From an uncultured Cytophagia bacterium (GTDB lineage: Bacteria; Zhuqueibacterota; Zhuqueibacteria; Oleimicrobiales; Geothermoviventaceae): a stretch of 64,000 bases of DNA. The stretch spans positions 153,838 through 217,837 of the forward strand of contig CAZXXS010000097.1 of the NCBI GenBank assembly GCA_964644845.1, given 5' to 3'. Below, piece by piece: positions 53,530 to 62,953 of the stretch (positions are counted from its first letter, which is position 1; the number at the start of each line of letters is the position of its first letter). The notes under the pieces are model-generated. The model searched no databases. It was not told the DNA's origin and was given only the letters and a program-made list of their open reading frames with translations. The position numbers were made by a program, and so were the translations under genes.

Positions 53530-55839
53530 ATGACAGACCGTGACGAAATCAGGACGCACGTGAGCTTTGTCAGTACCTACGTTCCCAGGCGTTGTGGCAT
53601 TGCGACGTTCACGCACGATTTGGTACGCTCCCTTTGTGAACACCAGGGGAACGCCGACGACTTGAGTGCCTGCGTGGACATTGTGGCGCTGAACAACACG
53701 CAGGAAGGGTACCCGTACGGGCCTGAGGTGCATTTCGAAATTCGCGATCAGCACAAAGCGGACTACCGCGAGGCGGCCGACTTTCTGAACGTTTCGCCCG
53801 TCGACGTCGTCTCGATTCAGCACGAGTTTGGGATCTTTGGCGGTACCTGGGGAGGCCATCTCATCACCCTGCTGGAAAATCTGAAAAAGCCCGTGGTGAC
53901 GACACTTCACACAGTGCTTCGCGAGCCATTCGACGACGAGATGCGGCGTGTGTTCGAGGCGGTTTGCGAGCGTTCGACGTTGCTGGTTGTGATGGCACAC
54001 AAGGCCCGCGAAATCCTCACGGAGGTTTACGGCGTTCCGGAAGACAAGATTGTCTACATCCCACACGGCGCACCGGACATTCCCTTCCTGGATCCATCGT
54101 TTTACAAGGACCAGTTTCAGCTTGAGGGGCGGCGGGTCATTCTGACGTTTGGCCTGATCAGTCCGAACAAGGGCATCGAGTACGCCATCCGGGCCATGCG
54201 TCGGGTCGTGGACGAACACCCGGACGTGGCTTACGTTGTGCTGGGCGCTACGCACCCGGAGATCAAGCGGCGTTTCGGGGAACAGTACCGCATGTCGCTG
54301 CAGCGTTTGGTGGACGAACTCGGATTGCAAGAGCACGTCATCTTTCACAACCGCTACGTGACGTTTGAGCAGCTTACGCATTTCTTGATTGCTTCCGACC
54401 TGTACGTGACCCCTTACCTCTCGCGGGAGCAGATCGTGTCTGGCACGCTGACCTACGCCATCGCCACCGGTAAGGCCATTGTGTCTACGCCGTACTTCTA
54501 CGCGGAAGAAACGCTGGCAGATGAACGGGGCGTGCTTGTACCGTTCCAGGATGCAGACGCTCTGGCCGAGGCTCTGATCGATTTGCTGAGCGACGAGAAC
54601 AAACGCAACCGTCTCCGCAAGAATGCTTACCAGTACGGGCGCAAGATGATCTGGCCGGAGGTGGCGCGTCAGTACGCAAGTGTGTTCGCGCGGGCGGTCG
54701 AAGAGTACGGACGACTCACAGTGCGCCACGCCATCCGCAAGAAGGTGTTGCCGCAGACGGCGCTTCCGGAGGTGAAACTCGACTACCTGAAGGTACTCAG
54801 CGACGACACGGGCATTTTGCAACACGCCACGTACACGGTTCCCAACAGGGTGCACGGCTACTGCACCGACGACAACGCACGCGCTGTGATGGTCGCTGCG
54901 GCCCACTGGGACCTGTTTCGGAACGAAGAGATTCTACCGTTGTTGTACCGTTACCTGGCTTTTCTACACCACGCTTTCAACCCGGAAAACGGTCGCTTTC
55001 GGAATTTCATGAGCTTCGACCATCGCTGGTTGGAAGACGCAGGTAGCGAGGACAGTCATGGTCGTGCACTCCAGGCGCTGGGCTACGTGATTGCGCACCC
55101 GCCCACGGATTCGATTTTGGCCTTCGCTACGCGTTTGTTCGGTGAGGCTCTGCCGGCTGTGCACAGCCTGAAAGCCCCGCGTGCGCTGGCATTCTCGATT
55201 CTTGGTGCGGCGGACAAACTGAAGCGCTTCGGTGGGGCTCGCGAGGCTCGTCAGGTAGTCGAGGTGCTTTCGGACAAGCTGGCGGAACTTCTGGCGGAAA
55301 ATGCTACCGCTGACTGGTACTGGTTCGAAGATGTGCTCACCTACGACAACGCTCGGTTGCCTCAGGCCCTGATCGCTGCGGGACGCGTTCTGGGCTCGGA
55401 AAACCTGATCGAGGCCGGCCTGCGCTCGCTTGAGTGGCTGGTGGGTGTGGAAACCGACCCGAGCACGGGTTACGTGAGCGTGGTTGGCAACGACGGTTGG
55501 TACCGCAAAGGGCAGGAGCGTGCTCAGTTTGATCAGCAGCCCGTCGAGGTGGCCAGCCTCGCCGACGCGGCTCACGAGGCCTACGAAGCCACGGGTGACA
55601 GGAAATGGCTGGACCTGGTCCGAGCCGCGTTCAACTGGTTCCTTGGCGACAACGACATCCGAGAGCCGGTGTACGATTTCAGTACAGGCGGGTGCCGGGA
55701 CGCGCTGGAGAGCTCCGGTGTGAACCAGAACCAGGGCGCTGAATCCACACTGGCCTGGCTTTCGGTTTTGCACCGGATGTACGCCGTGGTCCAGGAACAA
55801 ACGCTGCAGCGCGAACTGGAGGCGACCGGTGTGAAGTGA
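53530..55839 (+). CDS. GT4 glycosyltransferase fused to a roughly 370-aa C-terminal (alpha/alpha)-barrel-like domain
   Basis: 769 aa. N-terminal GT-B GT4 motifs (…GLISPNKGIEY…, E…G.PVV signature region). The C-terminal half resembles glycoside-hydrolase-like alpha-toroid proteins (…GYCTDDNARAV…, DWYWFEDVLTYDNARLPQAL). Confidence 0.6.
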   Translation: MTDRDEIRTHVSFVSTYVPRRCGIATFTHDLVRSLCEHQGNADDLSACVDIVALNNTQEGYPYGPEVHFEIRDQHKADYREAADFLNVSPVDVVSIQHEFGIFGGTWGGHLITLLENLKKPVVTTLHTVLREPFDDEMRRVFEAVCERSTLLVVMAHKAREILTEVYGVPEDKIVYIPHGAPDIPFLDPSFYKDQFQLEGRRVILTFGLISPNKGIEYAIRAMRRVVDEHPDVAYVVLGATHPEIKRRFGEQYRMSLQRLVDELGLQEHVIFHNRYVTFEQLTHFLIASDLYVTPYLSREQIVSGTLTYAIATGKAIVSTPYFYAEETLADERGVLVPFQDADALAEALIDLLSDENKRNRLRKNAYQYGRKMIWPEVARQYASVFARAVEEYGRLTVRHAIRKKVLPQTALPEVKLDYLKVLSDDTGILQHATYTVPNRVHGYCTDDNARAVMVAAAHWDLFRNEEILPLLYRYLAFLHHAFNPENGRFRNFMSFDHRWLEDAGSEDSHGRALQALGYVIAHPPTDSILAFATRLFGEALPAVHSLKAPRALAFSILGAADKLKRFGGAREARQVVEVLSDKLAELLAENATADWYWFEDVLTYDNARLPQALIAAGRVLGSENLIEAGLRSLEWLVGVETDPSTGYVSVVGNDGWYRKGQERAQFDQQPVEVASLADAAHEAYEATGDRKWLDLVRAAFNWFLGDNDIREPVYDFSTGGCRDALESSGVNQNQGAESTLAWLSVLHRMYAVVQEQTLQRELEATGVK

Positions 55840-56246
55840 AGATTCCACCTGGGTCGTTTACAGAACAGAGGGTGAGGGCTCCTCTTCTGGGCCCCGAGAG
55901 GGGCTCGTAAGGTCGCCGCAGGGGTAGCAGGTGTTGAACGGGGACAGTTGCGACGGCTCAGTGGGGGATCCCTTTGAGGGGTGCCTCTTTACCGTGGTGA
56001 TGTTTGCGCAGAAGTGGGGGAAGGCGGTTTCCAGGCAGAGTCTTTGCAACCAGGTTCCTGGGAGCCTGGAGTGGGAAACGGGTGGCCGCACTTGCCCGGC
56101 GGTCAAGTTGTTCGCTGGGCTGCGGGCGCTCCCTGGAGGAGTTTCCCCGCGCGCCTGGCGACGTCGACAAGTGGCGCGTGCGAAAAGTCCGCCTTGCAGT
56201 GCAACGCAAGGACCAGACACCACCGCCGACGTGGAGACGTAAAGGC

Positions 56247-56262
56247 ATGTTTGCACAAACAT
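56247..56262 (+). promoter_or_regulatory. 7-2-7 inverted repeat ATGTTTG-ca-CAAACAT overlapping the promoter/RBS of the CDF transporter
   Basis: Seen directly, 14-29 nt upstream of the GTG start at 56276. Candidate metal-sensing repressor operator. Confidence 0.45.
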
Positions 56263-56275
56263 CGGAGAAAAAAGC

Positions 56276-57193
56276 GTGAGCCATGGACACGCACACACGC
56301 ACGGGGAGATTCCGCAGGGGGCTGCCTACCAAAAGCAATTTGCCGTCGGTGTGGCGCTGAATGTGGGGTTCGCAACCGTCGAACTTGTGCTTGGTCTCCT
56401 GGTTGGTTCTCTGGCCCTTGTCGCGGATGCCGGGCACAATCTGAGCGACGTCCTTGGACTCCTGCTCGCGTGGGGAGCCAGCAGGCTTACCCTCCGCAAG
56501 CCGACACTGCGCCGGACGTACGGCTTCCGACGAGCGACCATTTTGGCCTCGCTCCTCAACGCGGTCATCCTGCTTGTGGCCATGGGCGGTGTGGCGTGGG
56601 AGGCTGTGCGGCGTTTCGGTCACCCTGTTGAGGTGCCCGGTGGAACGATCATGCTGGTTGCGGGGATTGGTGTGCTCATCAACACGGCCACTGCTTTGAT
56701 GTTTGCCTCCGGTCGCCATCGTGACCTGAACATCAAAGGAGCCTACCTCCACATGGCCGCCGACGCTGGAGTGTCTCTGGGAGTTGTGCTGGCGGGACTG
56801 CTGGTCACCCTGACAGGCTGGTCCTGGCTGGATCCCGCCATCAGTCTCGCCATCGTGGTCATCGTTGTGGTTGGTACCTGGAGTCTTTTGCGTGACTCTG
56901 TCGACTTGCTGATCGATTCTGTACCGCGAAACGTAGATCCCGTGGCTGTAAGCCGTTTTCTGAAAAGTTTGCCGGGAGTTCAGGATGTTCACGACCTCCA
57001 CATCTGGGCCATGAGCACCACCGAAGTGGCGTTGACGGCGCACCTGGTAAGACCCGACGGGGGAGGCGATCACTTCCTCAACGAGGTGGCAGACGCGCTG
57101 CGTCACCGTTTTGGCATCCAGCACACCACAATCCAGCTTGAGCGGGGTGAACCCGACGAAGAGTGCCCACAGGTGAAGAACGGGTGCGTGTGA
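56276..57193 (+). CDS. cation diffusion facilitator family metal efflux transporter (CzcD-like)
   Basis: 305 aa. N-terminal His-rich MSHGHAHTHGE, six TM helices, C-terminal cytoplasmic domain. Confidence 0.85.
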   Translation: MSHGHAHTHGEIPQGAAYQKQFAVGVALNVGFATVELVLGLLVGSLALVADAGHNLSDVLGLLLAWGASRLTLRKPTLRRTYGFRRATILASLLNAVILLVAMGGVAWEAVRRFGHPVEVPGGTIMLVAGIGVLINTATALMFASGRHRDLNIKGAYLHMAADAGVSLGVVLAGLLVTLTGWSWLDPAISLAIVVIVVVGTWSLLRDSVDLLIDSVPRNVDPVAVSRFLKSLPGVQDVHDLHIWAMSTTEVALTAHLVRPDGGGDHFLNEVADALRHRFGIQHTTIQLERGEPDEECPQVKNGCV

Positions 57194-57810
57194 GTCCGTG
57201 CGTGAGAAGATCCTTGGTCCTCGTGAGCGCCGAGGGGCTTCTCTTGGATCAAAACGTTGTTGTACGTTCTTGTGTGGGCTCGGCGCGATCTCGCAGCGTC
57301 GAGGGATCAGAGCCTCGGACACGTCCAACGCGAAGCCGTGGCGGTTAGACCCCGGTGCTGAGGTTGCTCTTTGCGGTTGGCTTTTCCGGAAGCTCTCAGC
57401 GGATCACCCCTCGTTCTGAAGGCGCCGAGAAGGGTTCGTGCCCTTGTTGCTGTTCCCGGTCGGAATGCGTTTCGTTCCTGAAAACAGGGGGCACACTCTT
57501 TTCTCCCACCCGCTTCGGTAAACGCTGCAAGGCCGTGACGCTGAAAGGAAGGCAAAGCTTCGGGTGACGAGGTTGATTTGGCTCGTCCACGCTGACTCAG
57601 GACCTTGACCTCGAGGAATTCACCGCTTTCGCCCCAGAAGGGTCCCTTTTTGCAGCGGATCTACGAGAACGCGATTCAGTCGGCCAAAACTGGGCCGCGT
57701 TTCTTCGCACACGTCTCACTGGATTTCGTCCGAGGATTTCGTTAAATTGAAGACAAAACTTCTGTTTGTGTGCATTTGTTGGACCAGAAGTCAGAAAGGA
57801 GCTTGCCGTG

Positions 57811-60042
57811 AGCAAACCCAGGATTGTCAAGGTTTTGGTTGGAGGAACGCTCGTCGCGGCCGTGGTCTTGTTGCTGGCCGGGTGCGGCAAACAGCTGAGC
57901 GAGAGGGGCTGGACAGTGGTGCCAAATACCCGTAAGGCCTCACTCGCTGTGAAAAACGCGGACCTCGGGATCGTTCTCGGCGACGTTCGTTTGGCTCTAC
58001 TCAACGACTCCACGGGCGTTGTCGACACGCTGCGGGGCTGGCATGTAAAGCGCAGTGGAACGGCGTTGCAGATTCAGACCGACAGGCCTAAGAAAACCAC
58101 GTGGACGGTAACTGTTTCGGATTCCGCGGTCGATTTCCGCGTTTCCGCATCGAACGCCGTGCTTTTCGGTGTCGCCCCAGCGTCAGAACAGCGAATTCCG
58201 GCTCGTGTCCGCAGTCAGGACAACGGCGTGATGTACACCGCGCTCGGGCCGATTTCAGCCGCAAACATCCACCACCTCTTCGATCGTCAGACCGACATCA
58301 TGATCTGTTTCCCCGAGATGTCGCGGCTCCGCCGCAACCCGTCCCAGCAGGACCAGATGGTTGTGCAGATCAGTGTCTCGCCAAAGGCTCCCGAAATCTC
58401 GCTCCTACGGCACTACTACACGGACGTAGTCGGCATTGCCCACTACCAGAAGACCAAATTCAAGCCGGTCTACGTTCCCTACCCGGGACGTTTCAAACGG
58501 GCGCCGACGGGCTGGTGCAGCTGGTACTGTTACTACATGAAGGCGAACGAAAAGGACATGGTGAAAGAAACGGACGTGCTTGCACGCGAACTCAAGCCCT
58601 ACGGTCTGGAGTACGTGCAGCTGGATGCCTGCTACACCCGCGGCAAAGAGGCCAACTGGCTGGAGTGGAACAAGGAGCTGTTTCCGCACGGTGGCAAGTG
58701 GCTTTTTCAGTACATTTCGAGCAAAGGGTTGAAACCCGGGCTGTGGGTGAACGCTTACGGTGCCAATTACGCCAAACCAGCCATGGCCGACAAGTACCCG
58801 GAAAACTTCTTCCTGAGAGACAAGAACGGTCGCCTCTCGGGCGCCTGCTGCACGGCGGACACCACGGTTGTGCGCCTCGACTACACGAACCCTGCCGTTC
58901 TCGAGAAGCACCTCAAACCGCTTTTCCACACCCTTGTGGACGACTGGGGTTTGCGTTACCTGAAAGACGCGGGTTGGGGCACGTGGATGGACTACTACGA
59001 AAAGAACCGCGCCAACGCATTCGACTCGACGCTGGACAGCCGGGTTGTCTACCGCCGGGTTCAGAAAGCCATCCGCGAGATCATGGGCCCGACGAACTAC
59101 ATCAACGGGTGCGCGATGCACGAGGTGGGTGTTGGCTTCGGCTACTACGACGGTTCGCGTGTGGGTGGCGATGACTACGCTCGTTGGGCCCCTGAGAAGG
59201 GCAAGGGTAACCGCAATTCCATGTCGATGCAAACGTTTTTCAACTCGCTCTTCGGGGCCAACTACCTGAACGGCATTTGCTGGTGGTCAGACCCGGACGT
59301 TGTGATGGTCAGACCGCCGCTGACCATGGAGGAAGCCAGGACGATCGTGACAACGATTGCCCTCTCTGGACAAACGTACATGATCAGCGATTTCATGGCC
59401 GAACTGCCGGACGAGCGGATGGAATTGTACAAAAAAACCATGCCCACGATGCCAATTCACGCTGTGGACCTGTTTCCCTTCCGCACGGAGCCGGTTTGCT
59501 GCCCCAAGCCGAAGAGTTTTCCGAAAGCGCTGGACCTGAAAGTGAGTGCAGCGACAGGTACCTACGACGTCGTGGCTGTGTACAACTGGTCGGACCAGCC
59601 TGTCATGAGGACCGTTGCTTTCGCGCGTGACCTGGGCCTTGACCGTGCGCCGCGCTTGGTGTTTGACTTCTGGCAGCAAAAGTTCTTGGGGATTTTCACG
59701 GATTCCCTGAGTGTCGAGATTCCCGTGCACGGCGTGCGGGCTCTCGTCATCCGGCCGGTGGAACCAACACCGCAGGTGATTGCCACTTCGCGGCACATTT
59801 CTGGGGCCTACAGTGTGAAGTCCGTGAGCTGGGATGAGGGTGCCGCGACCCTCAGCGGCCGCTCGCAGGCTGTGAACGGTGTTCCGTACGCTGTTTTCGT
59901 CTACGTACCGGGCGGCAAGAAGCTGAGCCAGGTGACGGCAAACACCAAAGTCCTCTACCACACGCAAACCGGGAGTGTGGTCAAGGTGCTGCTCCAGGGA
60001 AAGGAAGAACCGATCGAATGGAAACTGGTTTTCGGTACGTAA
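57811..60042 (+). CDS. lipoprotein glycoside hydrolase, GH-D clan (alpha-galactosidase/melibiase-like) candidate
   Basis: Start at GTG (VSKPRIVKVLVGG…LLAGCGK lipobox) after an AAGGAG RBS. TGWCSWYCYY and QLDACY motifs resemble GH27/GH36 GWNSW/DDCW signatures. Family is uncertain. Confidence 0.45.
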   Translation, partial: SKPRIVKVLVGGTLVAAVVLLLAGCGKQLSERGWTVVPNTRKASLAVKNADLGIVLGDVRLALLNDSTGVVDTLRGWHVKRSGTALQIQTDRPKKTTWTVTVSDSAVDFRVSASNAVLFGVAPASEQRIPARVRSQDNGVMYTALGPISAANIHHLFDRQTDIMICFPEMSRLRRNPSQQDQMVVQISVSPKAPEISLLRHYYTDVVGIAHYQKTKFKPVYVPYPGRFKRAPTGWCSWYCYYMKANEKDMVKETDVLARELKPYGLEYVQLDACYTRGKEANWLEWNKELFPHGGKWLFQYISSKGLKPGLWVNAYGANYAKPAMADKYPENFFLRDKNGRLSGACCTADTTVVRLDYTNPAVLEKHLKPLFHTLVDDWGLRYLKDAGWGTWMDYYEKNRANAFDSTLDSRVVYRRVQKAIREIMGPTNYINGCAMHEVGVGFGYYDGSRVGGDDYARWAPEKGKGNRNSMSMQTFFNSLFGANYLNGICWWSDPDVVMVRPPLTMEEARTIVTTIALSGQTYMISDFMAELPDERMELYKKTMPTMPIHAVDLFPFRTEPVCCPKPKSFPKALDLKVSAATGTYDVVAVYNWSDQPVMRTVAFARDLGLDRAPRLVFDFWQQKFLGIFTDSLSVEIPVHGVRALVIRPVEPTPQVIATSRHISGAYSVKSVSWDEGAATLSGRSQAVNGVPYAVFVYVPGGKKLSQVTANTKVLYHTQTGSVVKVLLQGKEEPIEWKLVFGT

Positions 60043-60197
60043 TCGGGCGCGAGAGCGTTGGAAGGCGAAACGGTTGAGCGGTAGGGCCTTCTCCCGCGCA
60101 GAGACTGTGCCCACGACTCGCTCAAGACAACCGGTCCGGGCCTGTAGCCGATCGGAAAAACAACCCTTGAGCTTCGCGTGTTTCCGGGGGGTACGCC

Positions 60198-60920
60198 GTG
60201 CATTTTCTGACGCACAGCGGTGTGCGTGTTCCCGCCGTCACGGCGGAGCAAATGCGCCGGGTGGATGAGCTTGCAACCGGCGAATTCGGCTTGAATCTCC
60301 TTCAAATGGTGGAGAATGCGGGCTGGGCCCTGGCCTCTGTCGTACTGCGGCTACGGGAAGCCACGCCCGGAAGCGTACTGGTACTGGCGGGAAGAGGAGG
60401 TAACGGTGGGGGAGGGCTGTGCGTAGTGAGGCATCTTCGGAACCGCGGTGTGCGCGTTGAGGTGGTGCTTGCCTTCCCGCCCCGAGATCTCAGCGACGCC
60501 GCTCGACTGCAGTTCGAGGTTCTACAGCGTGACGGACTGAAGCCGGTGGATGCCAAAAGGGTGTGGGCCTTTTCAGGAACTGGTCTCGTGGTGGATGCCT
60601 TGATCGGCTACAATCTTTCCGGTGCCCCAGAAAGGCGCGTGGCCGAACTGACCTCGCTGGCAAATGCTTTCGACGGACCAGTGGTGTCCCTGGACGTTCC
60701 TTCGGGAGTGGACGCGACCACGGGCCAAGCTTTCGACCCGGTGGTTGTGCCAACGCACACAGTGACGTTGGGTTTGCCGAAAACTGGGCTCCGTGAGCAG
60801 CCGGGACTCCTTTACCTGGCGGACATCGGGATTCCCCAGCGTGTTTTCGAGCGCATTGCCTTGTCGTACCACTGGCCAGACGAGACACAGTGGGTTTTGG
60901 AGCTCATCAGTGCCGAATGA
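60198..60920 (+). CDS. NAD(P)H-hydrate epimerase (YjeF N-terminal domain)
   Basis: 240 aa. VLVLAGRGGNGGGG motif and VDALIGYNLSG typical of YjeF_N. Confidence 0.75.
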   Translation: MHFLTHSGVRVPAVTAEQMRRVDELATGEFGLNLLQMVENAGWALASVVLRLREATPGSVLVLAGRGGNGGGGLCVVRHLRNRGVRVEVVLAFPPRDLSDAARLQFEVLQRDGLKPVDAKRVWAFSGTGLVVDALIGYNLSGAPERRVAELTSLANAFDGPVVSLDVPSGVDATTGQAFDPVVVPTHTVTLGLPKTGLREQPGLLYLADIGIPQRVFERIALSYHWPDETQWVLELISAE

Positions 60921-61300
60921 AGTCCGGCTTCCGCCGTGCATTCGGAAATCGATCCGTGGAGCCACAGCCTCAGCACACCCCGGAGCGATTGGCCCGGAGT
61001 TGGCAGCGGTGAACACAAAGTGCGCTTCTTGACACGCGGATTTTGGACAACGGGTAGCAGCGCGAAAAGGGAGTGTGCGGGCAAGCTTCGTTCCCAGCGG
61101 GTGTACGCCTGGTGGGCGTGTGGTTCAACCTGTTCCCCGTCGGGCTGCTGAGGGCCGGCGTGCCGCGCATTGTTGTTTCGGCGAGTGCCCCGTCAGGGAG
61201 TCCGGGAATTGAAGTGCGGGCGCGAAGCCTGCCCTGCGTTTAGCTTCCCCCCTAAGCGAGTGTGACGCAGTAGGTTTGGATTGTGCGAAAGGAGTCAAGG

Positions 61301-62953
61301 ATGGACGAGAAAGTAGTGCTCAAGGATTTGGGCGCTTACGCTGAAGCTGTGGAGCAGGCTCTCCGCAGCCTGCAGGCCGACCGCATTCTGGAGCGCGTTT
61401 GGCAACACGACCACACGGTGTGGAAACCCGAACCAACGGAAATTGCCAATCGCCTGGGCTGGCTTGAGATCGTGGAGGAGATGTGGCCCAAACTCGGCGA
61501 ACTTCGAGCTTTTGTCGACGAAGTTCGGGCTGCGGGTTACACACACGTACTGTTGCTCGGGATGGGTGGGTCGAGTCTTGCTCCCGAGGTCTTTCGGAAA
61601 GTGTTCGGTGTGGCACCGGATCATCTGGACCTTGCCGTCCTCGACAGCACGGATCCCGGAGCTGTGAGGGCGCAGGCAGAAAAGCATGACCCGCGCCGAA
61701 CGCTCTTTCTGGTGTCGACCAAATCCGGTTCGACGGTTGAAACGCTTTCGTTCTTCAAATTCTTTTACACCTGGGTAACAGAAGCGCTGGGGCGCGACCA
61801 GGCCGGGGCCCATTTTGTCGCCATTACCGATCCCGGCTCACCGCTCGGGGCTACGGCCGCGGAGTACGGATTCAGACGCGTTTTCCTGAACAATCCCGAC
61901 ATCGGAGGCCGCTACTCCGCCCTGTCGTATTTTGGACTGGTGCCTGCCGCCCTCGTCGGCGTGGATCTTGAAGGCTTGCTGAACCGCGCACGCCAGGCGA
62001 TGACCGACTGCGGTCCCTCTGTTGCGGCAGCGCAGAATCCGGCCGCACAGCTTGGTGTTGCGATGGGACAGCTTGCTTTGCTCGGCCGTGACAAACTCAC
62101 CGTTGTTCTCCCGCCGGAGATCGCCAGCTTCGGCGACTGGTTGGAACAGCTGATCGCCGAGAGCACGGGAAAGGAAGGAAAAGGGATCCTGCCTGTGGTT
62201 GGGGAGCCGCTTGGTGAACCTTCTGTGTACGGCGACGACAGGCTTTTTGTGGTCGTTGGCGCTTCGACCAATCCCGAGGAAAGAGGGGCACTCGAATCCC
62301 TTCGCGCTGCCGGTCACCCCGTTGTTCAACTGGCGTTTGAGGACAAACTTGACCTCGGGTACCAGATGTTCCTGTGGGAGCTGGCGACGGCAATTGCGGG
62401 CCAACAACTCAGGATCAACCCCTTCGACCAGCCGAATGTGGAGGCAGCCAAAGCGATGGCTCGCAAGACCTTGGAGGAGCGCTGCGGAGCCAAACCTCTC
62501 GGGGTTGCGGATTTCCCTGAGCCTGATGCCAGCATCCTGGCGGAATTCCTTTCCGATGCCCGAGAGGGCGCTTACGTTGCCTTGCAGGCGTACGTTGCAC
62601 CGACGCCGAGAGCGGACGAGGGCCTTAGACTGCTTCGACTGGCGTTGCGAGAGCGGACACGCCTTGCGTGCACCGCGGGCTACGGACCGCGCTACCTGCA
62701 CTCTACGGGTCAGCTCCACAAAGGGGACGCTGGCAAAGGCCTGTTCGTCCAGTTCGTCTCAGAAGCTGACGAAGACGTTGTCATTCCGGACGAGCCCGGC
62801 AGGCCCGAAGGGACACTCACCTTCGGTCAGCTCAAGATTGCTCAGGCGATCGGTGATCAACAAGCTTTACGGACCAACGGACGCAACGTGCTGGTCTTTC
62901 GAGCCCCAGCGAACGCTGGACCCCTGTTCGCAGCGCTGGCGGAGTCGCTCTGA
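61301..62953 (+). CDS. pgi: glucose-6-phosphate isomerase (SIS-domain PGI)
   Basis: Start at MDEKVVLKDLGAY after an AAGGAG RBS. LLGMGGSSLAPEV and VSTKSGSTVET PGI signatures. Confidence 0.8.
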   Translation: MDEKVVLKDLGAYAEAVEQALRSLQADRILERVWQHDHTVWKPEPTEIANRLGWLEIVEEMWPKLGELRAFVDEVRAAGYTHVLLLGMGGSSLAPEVFRKVFGVAPDHLDLAVLDSTDPGAVRAQAEKHDPRRTLFLVSTKSGSTVETLSFFKFFYTWVTEALGRDQAGAHFVAITDPGSPLGATAAEYGFRRVFLNNPDIGGRYSALSYFGLVPAALVGVDLEGLLNRARQAMTDCGPSVAAAQNPAAQLGVAMGQLALLGRDKLTVVLPPEIASFGDWLEQLIAESTGKEGKGILPVVGEPLGEPSVYGDDRLFVVVGASTNPEERGALESLRAAGHPVVQLAFEDKLDLGYQMFLWELATAIAGQQLRINPFDQPNVEAAKAMARKTLEERCGAKPLGVADFPEPDASILAEFLSDAREGAYVALQAYVAPTPRADEGLRLLRLALRERTRLACTAGYGPRYLHSTGQLHKGDAGKGLFVQFVSEADEDVVIPDEPGRPEGTLTFGQLKIAQAIGDQQALRTNGRNVLVFRAPANAGPLFAALAESL

